NCBI GenBank assembly: GCA_026770705.1
Contig: JANJGN010000003.1
Span: 96,472,001 to 96,536,000 of the forward strand
Direction of reading: 5' to 3'
Length of the DNA: 64,000 nt
Source: Isurus oxyrinchus
Taxonomy: Eukaryota
The stretch's first letter is position 1; each line of letters begins with the position of its first letter. Below are positions 11,093-24,425 of this stretch, piece after piece. A program made the position numbers and the translations under genes. The notes below the pieces were generated by a model. The model saw only the letters and a list, made by a program, of their open reading frames with translations. It searched no databases and was not told the DNA's origin.

Positions 11093-12107
11093 CTGCAGGA
11101 CCAAAGAGAGAGATGCATGAGTTAGTGTATGCGACCTAAGAGAGTTCTGGCCACCACTTAGATGACCAGTGTGTAGTGCGCTCATTGGCTGTCCGTAACC
11201 CCAGCCACCTCCGCCCCACTCCACTTGACTGATTGGCGGCAGCTTTGCCCATTGGACTGCATGCTGTGCTCCCAGCTCAGGTGCAGGCATTCTCCTAACC
11301 CACACTGCATGGCTGCACTGTCAGCTTGAACCATGATGGATACTGGTCCAAACATTAATAAAGACATTGCAAAGGGCTGTGAGTGCCTCCACCAATGACT
11401 GCGCCATGGCCACCTTTTGCAAGGGGATTATACAACTTGCCCAGTCGGCCAATTGTTCTGCTGCCCCATAAAACAGACACTAACGTGCAGTCTGCAGCCA
11501 AGGGTGAAAAGCTCCTGAGCATTTTGTGGCACTTTCATGCTTTTGCATTGCTTAGGTGGGCAGAAAACCTTCAGAAATCCAACTCCAAGCATGTCAATGG
11601 AACTGCAGCTGAACGGCCTTAGTTGCAGAAGAATGCTCACTTTTGACAAGCTTTTCCAAGTGCTTGGCTGCTTCCCTCACCACCCTTCTCATGCCAACCA
11701 ATCACCCCCATCCCTCCAAAACCCCTGATATTTGCATGAGAGTTTCCTTCAGTCTGTGCTGCCTTGCCCCCACACCTCCTCCTGGCCTGACCCACACTGG
11801 AGCCCTTGCCTAGTACTACACTGAAAGCCAGCCAGGAAAAAGTGACTTGCCTGTGCTCCCAGCGAGTGCACAGCACTTCATCCCTGACATCCTACCGGTG
11901 ATGCTCGTGAGCACTGCGCAAGTTTGTGCGCATTCACCTCCAATCTCCCCTCGAAGTTCATGTTACCAGATACATGTCTTTAAAAGGCAGTTGTGAAGCA
12001 TGCCATTCTGAGGTCACGCTGACGCGGACAGTAAATTCGATGTGGTGGGATGATTCCAGCAAGCAGGGCTTATAATTAGATGCAAATGTATTAAAATGAT
12101 GTCCCTC

Positions 12108-12644
12108 GTTTTATTCGTTCATGGAATGTGGGCATCACTGGCTGGACCAGCATGTATTGCCCATCCCTAATTGCCCTTGAGAACTGAGTGGCTTGCTAGG
12201 CCATTTCAGGAGGAATTTAAGAGTCAACCGCATTGCTGTGGGTCTGAAGTCACACGTAGGCCAGACTGGGTAAGAACAACAGGTTTCGTTCTCCAAAGGG
12301 CATTAGTGAACCAAATGGATTTTTACGACAATCAACAATGGTTTCATGGCCATCATTAGACTTTTAATTCCAGATTGTTTTTATGGAATTCAAATTTCAC
12401 CATCTGCTATGGTGGGATTTGAACTCCAAGTCCCCAGAGAATTACCCTGGATCTCCAGAGTACTAATCCAGTGACAAGAACATAAGAACATAAGAACTAG
12501 GAGCAGGAGTAGGCAATTCAGCCTCTTGAGCCTGCCCCACCATTCAATATGATCATGGCTGATCTCATTTCAGCCTCAACTCCAATTTCCCACCCCCATA
12601 ACCTTTCAACCCGTTACTAATTCACTATATCACTACGCCTCCCC
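12108..12644 (-). mobile_element. tRNA-derived SINE with family-2 LINE tail, nested in Harbinger A
   Basis: Homologous to 32013-32350 and 35897-36238. B-box-like GAGTTCAAATCCC on the minus strand and a GGGCAATTAGGGATGGGCAAT tail. Confidence 0.85.
12477..12623 (-). mobile_element. CR1 3' tail fragment nested in the SINE
   Basis: Octamer tail AGAACATAAGAACATAAGAA followed by CR1 3' UTR sequence. It interrupts the SINE head that is contiguous at about 36206-36238. Confidence 0.75.
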
Positions 12645-12757
12645 AGATATGTGGGCAGCAGGAAACTTGGCCCACTGTTGATGGGTGGAGTGGGTAATCA
12701 CAAACTGGTTTCATGTTGGCGTAAAGTCGATATTTGGCATTCTCGCCATATTGTCAT

Positions 12758-12781
12758 CCCCCCCCCCCCCCCCCCCCCCCC
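12758..12781. repeat. Poly-C tract (about 24 nt)
   Basis: Directly visible homopolymer near the right TIR of copy A. Confidence 0.95.
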
Positions 12782-13017
12782 ACCAACTGCAATGATGCTC
12801 GATGTCAATGGGGCAAGAAAATTCTAGCCCTGGATGCTTATTTGATGAAGATTTAGGGAAAAGGGCTAAATCTTTGTTCGCTCTATTTTGATTCATATTC
12901 TTTACAAGGTCTATTGGCTTATCAATCACAGTGTCCTTATAAACATTTTTATCATGAGTCTTGAATCTGCATCAAAGTGGTAAGATTATATATTTGTTTC
13001 AGTGTTTGGACCATGTT

Positions 13018-14135
13018 GGCCCAGGTTTTTGTCATCAAGGAGAGCCTCTCCATTATGGCGATAATAACAGTCAAGCCTGGAAATCCTAAGTCCTGCCCCC
13101 AAACATGGCACTTCCTATTTTTCCAATGGGTGGGGGAGGGCAGAGTGGTAGAGTGAGGAGGGACTGGATTTGGGTCAGGATTTGTGCATGCGCAGTTTAA
13201 GGAGGAATCTGGTCATTTAAATCAACAGCTGCCTCCACTGGAATGGGATTTTGGTAGGCCAAGAGTGTGAAACCCTGAGTATGCAGATTAGACCAGGTAA
13301 AAACCTGGTCTGAACTTGGTGGATTCATTTGGATAACAGGGATACCCTTTGGATATGGTCCCAGGACACCTTTGTAAGAGGCAAGACTCCCTTTGGTTAA
13401 AGGTAAACAAGATTGAGCATAAAAAGTACATGAATCATTGGACCTGTCAAAGAACTGCTAAAGCTGTCACAGAACTGTCAAAGCTGTCAAAGAGCTCTCA
13501 AAGCTATCAATAAACTGTCAAAGAACTTTCAAAACTGTCAAAGAACTGTCAGACTGTCAAAGAACAGTTGAACTGTCAAAGGACATTCAAAACTGTCAAA
13601 GAACTGTCAAAGGATACTTTGTGAATTGGCATGGAGGAGGTAGGGCAAAGGGTGGTGGGTGGAGGGCATGGGTTTTCCTGAGTTGGCACTAAGTTGGCAT
13701 AGGGCTTTAATGGGCCATGGAGATATGGGGCGCTTAGGAGGTGTGATGGGCCAAGGGGGTTGGTTAGAGGGGTAAGGGTTGGCATGGGGGTATGAGGGAC
13801 CATGAGGGTAGGTGGTGGTATTAGGTAACATGGGTTGGCATGGATGGGTCATATGGAGTATATGGGGAGTGAGGTGAGTGATGGGTGAGGGCTGGGGGTG
13901 CTGTTTTTGTTTGACTCATTTTTTAAATTTAATTCAACACAGTGCTGGAGCACAGAGGCAGGCCTTCTGCTCAGCCCGCCTTCTTCATTCAGGGGACGGC
14001 AGTCCCTACTTCTAATCTAGCTAGTTCCCCCAGAATGAAGATCAGAATTGCTGGTGGCCATTTTTAAAACTGTGGTTTGCAAAGCTGGGAATTCTCCCAT
14101 CTCTGTGCAGCTGGCCAGGAAGCAAAATCTGGGCC
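13018..14135. mobile_element. Harbinger-type MITE (1.1 kb)
   Basis: TIRs GGCCCAGGTTTT / AAAATCTGGGCC (11 of 12 match). No coding capacity. Confidence 0.75.
13443..13614. repeat. Tandem array of CTGTCAAAG(AA) units
   Basis: About 17 degenerate units of mostly 9 or 11 bp, of which 11 contain a perfect CTGTCA. Confidence 0.9.
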
Positions 14136-14184
14136 ATTGTATGCTGAAGAATTCATGAAAAACAAACAAAGCTTATAGAAACTT

Positions 14185-15870
14185 GGGCTGAATTTCCCCA
14201 GCCCTTTGGGGGTTGGTCGGAAGGTGGAAAGAGTTGGAATATCGCAGTGACAGCTGTTGGGAAAGAATTCATAACTGGATATGCCAAAAGGTGGCTGGTC
14301 TGGTCAGAGGACCTTATGCTCAAACATGCAGGAAGGTAGTTAAACCAGTTACACATAAAATTAACTCAAATTTTACCAGTGTTTTCAGATTATCCAAGAG
14401 TGCATGACAACCAAGGAACTTCAAAACCATCCCAGATATAATGAGGCGATGAGCTGGTTGGGGTAGCATAAGGGGCTATTCTAACGGATGGTATGCTAAT
14501 GAGATACAGTATACATCATCACAGGAAGTGATGCTATATCTCATGATCTTGCTTTCTCTTGTAGACCTCATGGCAAGGAAGCCACAGTAAGGTGTTTCTC
14601 AATAACGTTACTATTTTCCTTACTTCAGCAAATGCTGTAAATATTCTGTGTTAATACAACAACATCAGCAATATTATAGTGGGTGGCACTAGATTCAGAT
14701 TCTGGGGGTGACCACATGGCTGATGTTCTCCTCTGCATTCTCCAGCCAGGCTTGCTCAGTCTGTCGGGGCAGTCTCTTCCTCCTGTCCCACGGGAAGATC
14801 TTCTGCCTTGCCCAAGCAGCCTGAAGGAGAACCTGCCACCCGGGATCTTTCTCCTGCCATTCCTTCACAAGCTTTCTTCCTCAGGCCTTCAGCAGGTGCA
14901 GTTTTATTGGGAAGTACGATTTCAGAGAGTCCAGGCAGCCCTATAATCATGGTGTCAGTACTTCCAGTAGCTGGCCTCACACCACCCCTACCACCTTACT
15001 AGACACCTCCCAGCAGTAAATTAATCCTTTACTCCCACCTACCCAGCTGCCAGAGCGGCATCGGCTTCTGCTTCTGGCCCAGGTGATGGAACCTTGGGCT
15101 TTGCCGCAAAATACAGCCCCTTGTCTTTCAGACTCAGTGTAGCGGGGTTTGAGGTGTTGGCTCCTCTTGCAATGCTTAGATTTGTAAGAATTTCAGTGCA
15201 ATGACACTACAGGCTTTTTGTCCACATGGACATTATTCCAGGAATTGCATTCACACACTGTGCGACATGTACCTGGAAATGTCCGAGAACCGTCTTTGTT
15301 TCCTCAAATTCACAAGACAGGCTGCCACATAGTTCTACCATCTGCTGCAGGATGACATACGGACAACATCTGGAACAAGGATGGCTCTTCCTATAGAAGT
15401 GAACTCACCACAGCGTGAAGCTTTTATGCTACCGGATCCTAATAATCCTCAACAGGGACCATCTGTCACATCATGCAGCCGACAGCGCACTCATATATCA
15501 AGCAAGTGCCAAGTGCTTCATTTCCAAGGCACAATGCCTATTATTTTCCCTGTGGAATGAAGAAATCAACTTGATAGTGCACAGAGCTTTCCTTGGAATG
15601 CAATGCATTGCAGGCTGCGCCCATGTGATCATCAAAGTTCCTCATATCAACCATATGGCCTACGCAGACAGCAGGAGTTTGCATTTAATTAAGGTTCGGG
15701 TGGCACCCGGAAACAGACTATCACTATACACATCAATGCCTGTTATCCAGGTAGCACCCGTAATGCCTTAATTTTGCAGCATATCACAGGGCTAACGTTT
15801 TTGAGAATAGAAACATTGGCTTAAAGGTCCTTAGGAGACCAGGACTAATCTCGGAATCAATAGCTGCTGA
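14185..15870 (+). mobile_element. Old Harbinger remnant with transposase pseudogene (about 15190-15870)
   Basis: TIR-like GGGCTGAATTTCCCC at 14185. Translated remnants YLEMSEN, HLLQDDI, ALPIEV and SFYATGS align with the other transposases here. Confidence 0.65.
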
Positions 15871-16184
15871 CCCCACTAAAGGCCTGAGTAGGAAGCTTAA
15901 ATGTTTGTTTATTGTTTTTTAACGATCGCCTCTCCCTGCTATTAGCCTTAGTTTCATTTTATAGTCACTTGGAATTCAACTAGAAGCATTAGTCACATTA
16001 TTGTGTTCTTTGGCATTTCTTACTACTAAATCTAGTTCCACTTAAGCTTTGTTACCAAGAATCACTTTAATGTCAAGGATCAACCCTTGGAATGTCAAAG
16101 CATATATACCTGTCTGGCTGCTGGCAGGAGAGAGTCGATGTGAATAATATGCACTAGTGGCAGGGAGTCTCATCCTCAGACCAA

Positions 16185-16301
16185 GGGCGGAATTTTACAG
16201 CTTCATCGCGGCAGGAACGAGGCCGTAAAATGCAGTGAGCCGTTCAAAAGTCCATTGACTTCGGCGGGACAGTAAAATCCCACCAGTGTAAAATTCCACC
16301 C
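16185..16301. mobile_element. 117-bp Harbinger-type mini-MITE with CAA TSD
   Basis: TIRs GGGCGGAATTTTACA / TGTAAAATTCCACCC (14 of 15 match), flanked by CAA on both sides. Confidence 0.85.
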
Positions 16302-17402
16302 CAATAGTGGAGTTCTTTTGTCCAGCTTCTCTCGATCCACCCTGTCACATCCTTTAACTATCTTCAACATCTTATTGAGATCAAAGGTCTCTTGCAACAT
16401 ATATATATAGTTGATGCCCAGCTGCCTTGAGAAGTTTAATTCAACTGAATGGTTTGCCAAGCTATATCAGAGGAAGCTTAATAGTCAGCTACCTGATATG
16501 AACAACTGGCAGGTGACATCTCTCTATGGCAATGTGCAAGTGAAAAAATTAGAATTCTAGTGTCTTACTAATAACTTGTGTTTTGGTAGATGGTGCCAGT
16601 TTGACAGTAGATGGCTTTAAATGTTACCAGGTGAGAACAGCTAAAATTAGCCCTGTTGCCATTGAGTTATAAGTTGTTTCGTTACTTTGTAAGTTGTTTG
16701 TTGTCAATTATGATGTTGTCAATCCAATTGTCATTGCTGCTATTTCCAACAGAAAACTCACAAAATGGTTCGATTAGAGATACTGCCTCCTGATCGTAAT
16801 TATTTTAAATATTAGAAGTTGCTTTCTGTTGGTGTATATATCCTTTATTTGAATAGCATACAACAAAAAAATGTCAATTTTTATTACACATGGTATTTAG
16901 CATTTACAGCTGGGCAATTCTCCCTATCATGTGTTAGTCGCCTGTAACTATTAGACTAATCACACTTATTAACATTCTTCTCATGCTTGAAACTCTATAT
17001 ATTTGTCTGTACACTTGATACATCCCCAGATGCTGAGGCTTGTGGTGCTTGCAATGGATTAACTATTTTGAGCAATAGCAATTTCTTGATGGGATTGTAA
17101 AATGCTTAAGTGGTGGTGAATGTGTGGGGAGATGATAGTGAACATTTTCAACTATGTCATGCTTTTTACTTTATCAGATTCAATCATGCAAGAATAGCCT
17201 CGTTCATGTGTTAACTTTAAGGTTTCATTTTGCCTACTGGCATAAACATGTTTTCAACCATTAGGTAATAGCACTTATCCTAATAGAGTGGTAATGTGCA
17301 CTTAAATTTTTTGTGTCAGATTATTTATATAATTATTCATAAATCCAGGTACAGATCTGAGCACATCTAGGAGAAGAGCACACAGTGGGAGTGAAAGTAT
17401 GT

Positions 17403-17957
17403 GGTCATGAAATTTGATCTGTAACCAGACAGTAGAGCTATGAACTGGGCACCAGCCAAATTCAGATTTGGGATTCATCTAAATAAAGCCAGCGAGCTAC
17501 AGGCCCCTATGATCAGCTGGCGAAAAGTCAGGCTGAGGGCTGGGAGGTGATCCACGGGAAACCCAAAAAGGGTTGCAGTGGTCTAGAGATTTCTTTGGTT
17601 CCAGGAGTCGTGCTCTTGCTTCTCCTGGGACCACAGAGGTAAAACCTGAAAATCTTCTGAGAATCTTTGGAGTGGCCTTCAGTGTTCCTTTAAAGATCAT
17701 TGGTTAGCCCGCTGAACATTTGGTGCAATGAGGCAGGGCATGCACAATGCAATCTCTAACCATTTGCATATGAATTTCACATTCAGGGTCTGACAACCAG
17801 TGTAGAACACTGATTTTCATACTTAAGCAGTGTAGTGCCTGTTTCAGGCAGAAGCCCTGGATGTCTGAAAGTCGCCCAAGCCAATATATTATCTTGCGCA
17901 CTTCAAGTAAAGCAGCTCCTGGCACTAAATTCCGAAGTATGATGCCAATTTTAGACC
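17403..17957. mobile_element. Putative MITE
   Basis: Imperfect termini GGTCATGAAATTTG / CCAATTTTAGACC. More GC-rich than the AT-rich left flank. No clear TSD. Confidence 0.4.
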
Positions 17958-17979
17958 ATAAATTTCTTCCTCTGTTTCT

Positions 17980-18930
17980 CAGGGTAGTGTTCTCGGCCCA
18001 ACTATCTTCAGTTGCTTCATCAATGACCTTCCTCCCATCATAAGATCAGAAGTGAGATGTTCACTGATAATTGCACAGTGTTCAGCACAATTCATGACTC
18101 CTCAGATATTTAAGCACTCTATGTGCAAATGCAGGAAGGCCTGGACAATATCCAGGCCTAGGCTGACAAGTAGCAATTGACATTTGTGCCACAGAAGTGC
18201 CAGGCCTGGCATCTCCAACAGGAGAGAATCTAAACATTGCCCCTTGTCACTCGATGGCATTACTATCGCTGAATCCCCCACTATCAACATCTTGCGGGTT
18301 ATCATTGACCAGAAACTGAACTGGACCAGTCAGATAAATACTGTGGCTACAAGAGCAAGTTCGAGGCTAGGAATCCTGCAGTGAGTAACTCACCTCCTGA
18401 CTCCCCAAAGCCTGTCCACCATCTACACAGCACAAGCCAGGAGTGGAATACTCTCCACCTGCCTGGATGAGTGCAGCTCTCACAATAGTCAAGGAGCTCA
18501 ACACTATCCAGAACAAAGCAGCCTGTTTGATTGGCACCCCATCTACAAACATTCCCCCCACTCCCTCCACTACCAATGCACAGTGACAGCAGTGTGTGCC
18601 ATCTACAAGATGCACTGCAGGAATTCACCAAGCCTTAGACAGCACTTTCCAAACCCACAACTACCATCTAGAAGGGCAAGGGCACATGGGAACACCACCA
18701 CTTGAAAATTCCCCTCCAAGCCACAGACTTGGAAATATATCGCCATTCACTGTCACTGGGTCAAAATCTTGGAACTCCCTCCCCAACAGCACTGTGGGTG
18801 TACCCACACCACATAGACTACAGCAGTTCAAGAAAGCAGCTTACCACTATCTTCTCAAGGGCAGTTAAGGATGGACAATGAATGCTAGCCTATCCAGTGA
18901 AGGCTACATCCCATGAATGAATTTTAAAAC
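17980..18930 (+). mobile_element. 5'-truncated CR1-group LINE (family 2)
   Basis: Begins in the RT region (QGSVLGPTIFSCFINDL) and is colinear with about 26070-27020 through the 3' tail. Confidence 0.88.
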
Positions 18931-20986
18931 AGAAATTTAAAAGGATAGGGACATCGTCAGGTGACCCAAATTCTCAAAGTTCAAACTGACCCATTGACAG
19001 CTGAAGCTAGATGCAGCTAAAAGCTAACAGAGCCATTAGAGTAAGGAAATCTCACATGCAGACATGGGTTTAAAGAAGCCAGCCCTACTTTGAACCAGTC
19101 TGGAATGGGAATCTAGCAGATTCTCTGATGAGTAGACAATCTGTTTTGCAAGATTATTGCTCATACAGTGAAGAGATTAATTTATCCCACTGTTTCCTTT
19201 CTAAATGTCCATGAGCAATGCAACAGTAGAACAATGATGTAAATTATTTTATTGGTACATTATAAAACATATTAGTGGCTCTGTTCTGACATTGATCATG
19301 CTGTTATTGGGCAAGTTTCAACTGCTGGCCACCTACTTCTCTGGTGCAAATATGGGAGACTGGCAATTGAATGTTGGCTGGGCACTTCTGCTGCTCCATT
19401 GATGCCCATAGCCTGCCTGGTGCAGGTCCTGAAAGTTACCAGCATCTTACCTGAGAGCAACTGAAGATTCTTTTCAATATCATGGGAAATGGCCTCCTCC
19501 CAAATAGTACTGCTCGTGGTTTTTATGAGCAGGTCAAGAAACTGGTAATAAAAGCAGGCAATGAGACAAAATTTATGTCAGTAGTCTTGACAATGTTATT
19601 TGACTCTGTGGGAGCTCCACCTTAGCTGTATCAATGTCCAGTGGAAAATCAGAGCAAGTGGATAGCTAGTGCTAAGTCAGTAATTCCGTTCTTCATGTGA
19701 TTTTCATTTTCTACCATTCTGTTTTTAGGCATAAATGGGGTAGCGAGATGGAAATCACCCAAGATCCTCCTAACCACAGTAACAGGCTGACGACACTTAC
19801 CGCTAAGCTCAGAGAAAAGTTCTAAGCTTCTCAGAGTGTCCCTTGTCTAAAATGCATTAACTTTCTCCTGGGATGATTTTAATTACACTAGGTTTGCTTA
19901 GCTGAAAATTCAAATGTAACACGTAGAAACAATTTTAAGTTACAGAATATTTTTAATGCTTTGGTATGGAAATGATGAAGAATAAACATTTCCCTTTGCA
20001 CACCTTCTAAAATGAACATCAGACAGATTTGATTTATTCACAAATTAAAAACAGCAAGCAAAAGCAAAAATTTTAAAAAAAGCTCTGTCATTCTCTTTGT
20101 AAGTATATTGGAGACCCTATAATCTTTGAAAATGACACATAATGGAAAACACATTTAGATGTCACAAGCTTCAAAGGGAATTAAATGTGATTGAAGCAGG
20201 TTCCTAACTGGAAGTGTTTACTTGGTTTTGCCCAGAGACAAATTCTATTAAAACTATGCAAGTTGATTCAATATGGAACTTCCAGATTAGGTGGTTATAT
20301 TTTTTTCAATTAGGGTATTAAACTAAAAGAAGCATAACTATGTTATTGGACAACTGGTACAACTTAGCTATTTAAACTGGTAATTGAGACAATTTAGTCA
20401 CTTAAGTGGAAAACATTATGGAAAAATTAAAGGCCAGCAATGATCTGTTATCCTTGTGCACCAAATACAAATTCTTGTATTTCTTTTCCTATAATATCTC
20501 AAAAGGTTCACAAAACTTTGGAGTGAATTTTACGGTTAGAAATTTGGACCACTGCCCCACTGCACTTATGTAAAATCTGGCGTGGTAATGTCACTTCGTC
20601 AAACTGACAACATCATGCTGGTCTCCGATAATATAGAAGTCAGGTGGGCACCAAAATCGGCAGCTTGCCCGCTAGTTATGAAAAAACGAATTAAAAGCCA
20701 ATTCAAAATGTTAACAAGACTTGTATCTGATGCTGCCCCTGCCATATTTTGGTGGGATCATGGGGGGTGGGGGGAAGCATTCGGAAGGAATCATGCCAGG
20801 GATGAGATGCATTGCAAAGGTGGGTAAAAAGGCAGCAAGCTAGACTATGGCTGACTTTAGCAGGAGAGTCTGCTGGAGAAGGTTTGCTAGTGTTACTTTA
20901 TTAATGTTTTTGAGCTTCACTGAGAGACATTTGTCAGGGAAGGGTGCCTAGAGACATCTATGAAGTGAATTTCCTACACCTCAGTA

Positions 20987-22190
20987 TTGGACCCTGAGAT
21001 CGGTGTCCCAATGGACATTGTACATCCTGGAGGAGAGGAGGAGAAGGAGAAGGAGGAAAGAAGCTGGCCAAGGACAGGTGCAGCCTGTAGTTCCATGAAC
21101 TTGTGGAACCTGCTGCTGAGCAAGGGCCTGCAGAGAAGAAGCAATAGCAGCAGACAGGCAGAGGTAGACAAAGGCAATATCCTGCCAAGAGAGGACACTG
21201 GCAAAGTATGTCATACCTCCAGATATCAGAGTGTCAGTGCCTGAGAGGACTGCTTCTCTCCAGGGAGGCAGTCACATCACTGGGTGACATGTTGGCTGGG
21301 AAGATTGCCTCAAATTGTGTTAGTGAACACTATGCCAGTGGTATTGAAGGTCACAGTGGCCCTGAAGTTTTTCACTTCAGGATCATTCCAGGCATTATCT
21401 AGAGATCTTTGTGGGATTTTGCAGCCAGCAGCCTATCATTGCATAAAGGCTTTTGCAGATTCAATGTTCAGGCGTGCCCATGAGTTCACTTCATTTAACG
21501 ATGACAATACCAGTCAGACAGACAGAGCCAGAGGCTTTGGTAACTTGCAGGATTTCCAAAGATGTAAGGGGTGACACATGTGGCAAATAAAGCCCCATTG
21601 GGACAGCCAGGGGCATACAATAACAGAAAAGGCTACCATTCCATCACGGCGCAGCTTGTCTGTGACCACAGGCAAAGGATAGCTGTGTGCATGCTATCCT
21701 GGCAGCAGTCAGTAATGCCAAAATACTTAGACACTCTGAGGTCCCTCGGATGTTCTTTGGACTGGAATCTTGGATAGCTGGCTTCTGGGTGACTGAAGAG
21801 ATTGCTAATGATCTCAGTTTGAAATCCGTGCACTGAACCAGAGAGGAAGTACAACTAGAGCCACACTTCTATCAGGGACTCATTGACCAGGCCATTGGTC
21901 TTCTGAAAATGAGATTCTGATGTTGGGACCAGTCGGTTTGCTCTCTTCAGTTCTCTCCTGCTTAAGTCTCACTTATGCTCGTGATCTGCTGTGCCTCACA
22001 CAACCTGGCGCTCCAGAGAGGGGAAGCCCTGGCAAAGGAGAATCTAATGGAGCGAGCCTCATCCCCTGACACACAGTCTGATGACAAGTCTGATGATGAG
22101 AAAGATGAGCCACGCCAGCCAGCTGCACGAGTCAGGATTGGCTTTGGGTGGCAGGGAGATGCGAGATTTGCTAATAATGCAAAGATCTAA
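20987..22190 (+). pseudogene. Harbinger DDE transposase (HARBI1-like), copy E
   Basis: SYLQISECQCLRGLLLSREAV, MPVVLKVTVALKFFTSGSFQ, NRKGYHSITAQLVCD, WLLGD, GLLKMRF, CCASHNLA. Frameshifted. Confidence 0.9.
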
Positions 22191-22484
22191 CTAGCACTCT
22201 GTAATTTGATGTACGAGATCACCTTGGGCGCTTTACCTTCTCTTGGTATCTCCCACTTATCAACACCAGGCTGCCTGTGCATGTGCCATCCTACAGGTAC
22301 CAAATGAGGCTGGTCAGAGGGACCCACATGAGCACAAACCTAAGAATCGCAGACAATCAATCCAAATCCAAACCAGCAAATAACAAACATTAAACACTAA
22401 TGCAGCTGGAGCCGCAGTTATTTATTGACAAAATAAATCAAGAAGCTTCAAACCCAATAAAACTAAGCAATCATCCTTGAGAGC

Positions 22485-23135
22485 TCAGAAACTGAACTAC
22501 ACTAGCCATATAAATATTGTGGCTACCAGAGCAGGTCAGAGGCTAGGAATCATGCGACGAGTAACTCGCCTCCTGATTCCTCAAAGCCTGTCCACCATCT
22601 ATAAGGCACAAGTCAGGAGTGTGATGGAATACTCCGCACTGGCTTGGATGAGGGCAGCTCCCACAACACTCAAGAAGCTGGAAGCCATCCAGGACAAAGC
22701 AGTCTGCTTGATTGGCACCACATCTACAAACATTCACACCCTCCACCACCGATGCACAGTAGCAGCAGTGTGTACCATCTGCAAGATGCACTACAGGAAT
22801 TCATGAAGGCTCCATAGAAAGCATGTTCCAAACCCACGACCACTGCCACCTAGCAGGACAAGGGCAGCAGCTAGATGGGAACACCACCATCTGGAAGTTC
22901 CCCTTCAAGTCAGTCATCATCCTGACTTGCAAATATATCGCCATTCCTTCACTGTACTGGGTCAAAATCCTGGAACTCCCTTCCTAACAGTGCTCTGGAT
23001 GTGCCTACACCACATGGACTGCAGCGGTTCAAGAAGGCAGCACACTACCAGTTTCTCAAGGGCAACTAGGGATGGGCAATAAATGCCAGCTCAGCCAGAG
23101 AAGCCCACAACCCATGAATGAATAAACAAAAAAGA
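22485..23135 (+). mobile_element. 5'-truncated CR1-group LINE (family 2) between the two Harbinger genes
   Basis: QKLNYTSHINIVATRAGQRLG..YKAQVRSVMEY and the family 3' tail with poly-A. Confidence 0.88.
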
Positions 23136-24425
23136 AAATGTCTTCTCTTAAATCTTTTCCAGGTGCTACAGCATGGTGCTGGAGACAGTCTGATGACCCT
23201 TATGCTCCTTTATCTGGGATGGTCTTGGCGGGTGTCCTCTGTTCTCCAGAGGCTGTGAGGGCCCTGGTGTGGGAGTCTCTGCACAGTGGCAGGAGGCTCA
23301 TCTGTCACTGCGGCACTCATACACACTTGGGTCAATGACAGATAGGTGGAGGAGAGGCTTTCCCATCTGGAATCACTTGAGAGGTTCTCCCCAATGGTGT
23401 CAACACCTACCCATCCACCACCGTGAGGTCCATTTGAACCTCACTGCTTTCCTGAAAGGAACCAGGACCTGGCAGCAATCTCTGGCACCTCATCCCCATC
23501 TTGGTTCTGAGCACCTGAGCTCAGAGACAAAGCAATGGAAAGAAAATCACAATGGCTACCATCAGTGTGCTGCGGGCATCTTATCAGTGAGCTGCTGGGT
23601 ATGATCCTCCGTAACAGTTGCCAGTCTCTCAATGGAGGAAGCCATGCATTCTGAACAGTGGGAGATCACACCGGTCTTGGCCAGTTGGCACAAACCCTGT
23701 GGTATCTCTGTCACATCTCCATGAACATAGCCCTGTAAACCCAGCATCTATCATCTTATGGGCAACTCCAGAGGCTCACCATCAGCCTGGAGGCTCAGCA
23801 TCGAGGTCACCTCAATACTCCTCAAATTGCCACAGGCCTGAACTATCTCAGTCTCCATCAACTGATATTGTGACAGTGTGTCGGTTCCTTAGAGCTGACT
23901 CGTGCATACCCACCGAGGTACATGTACCTGCACTGATGCCGGGTGTGGAGCAAGAACTTGAAGCTGCACCCTCTGAGGCACTCTCCCCCTCTTCAGAGGT
24001 TAACATTGGTCCATCACATCTGGCGGGTGCAGCTGCCAATATTGCACCTGTGGGGGAAACAAACAAGGAGCATGAAGGGCACTACCACCATTTGAGATGA
24101 CTTCAGAGAGATACACTTCGTAAAAACACACACTGGCACCATTGGGAGATGATAACCAGAGCTTAAACCTTAGCACCTTCAACATTGAGACATACATTCC
24201 ACCCCAAATTCTGCAAGTGCTCGCAGTCCAAACCTATTAATGCTGCCTTCCCACCACACCCTGCAGTTCACCTGCACCACCCCCTTCAGCACTATTTTCA
24301 CAGTAGAGAGATATGTACCTTTGGAATCTCACCACCCCAGAGCCATCCTCCAACATCCCCTCATCCAATGATGTGACTCCACTGGTTTGGTGCCAGCTCC
24401 AGCACTTCCTCCTCTAGAGGGATGT

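Larger units (their letters stand above)
7332..12830. mobile_element. PIF/Harbinger DNA transposon, copy A (two convergent genes, TGG TSD)
   Basis: Termini CGGCGGAATCTTCCC ... GAAAATTCTAGCCC, each flanked by TGG. Contains a Myb/SANT-like gene (+) and a DDE transposase (-). Confidence 0.88.

Noticed and set aside
13290-13313. Palindrome AGACCAGGTAAAAACCTGGTCT resembling the zebrafish Harbinger3 target consensus
   Set aside because: A single partial match with no insertion at the site; it cannot be distinguished from chance.
13443-13614. CRISPR-like repeat array
   Set aside because: Units are 9-11 bp and contiguous with no unique spacers. There are no cas genes and the context is eukaryotic.
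20987-22190. Domesticated HARBI1 host gene
   Set aside because: It has several frameshifts and stops, lies within TIRs beside a Myb-like partner, and has several paralogous copies in the window, so it is a decayed transposon.
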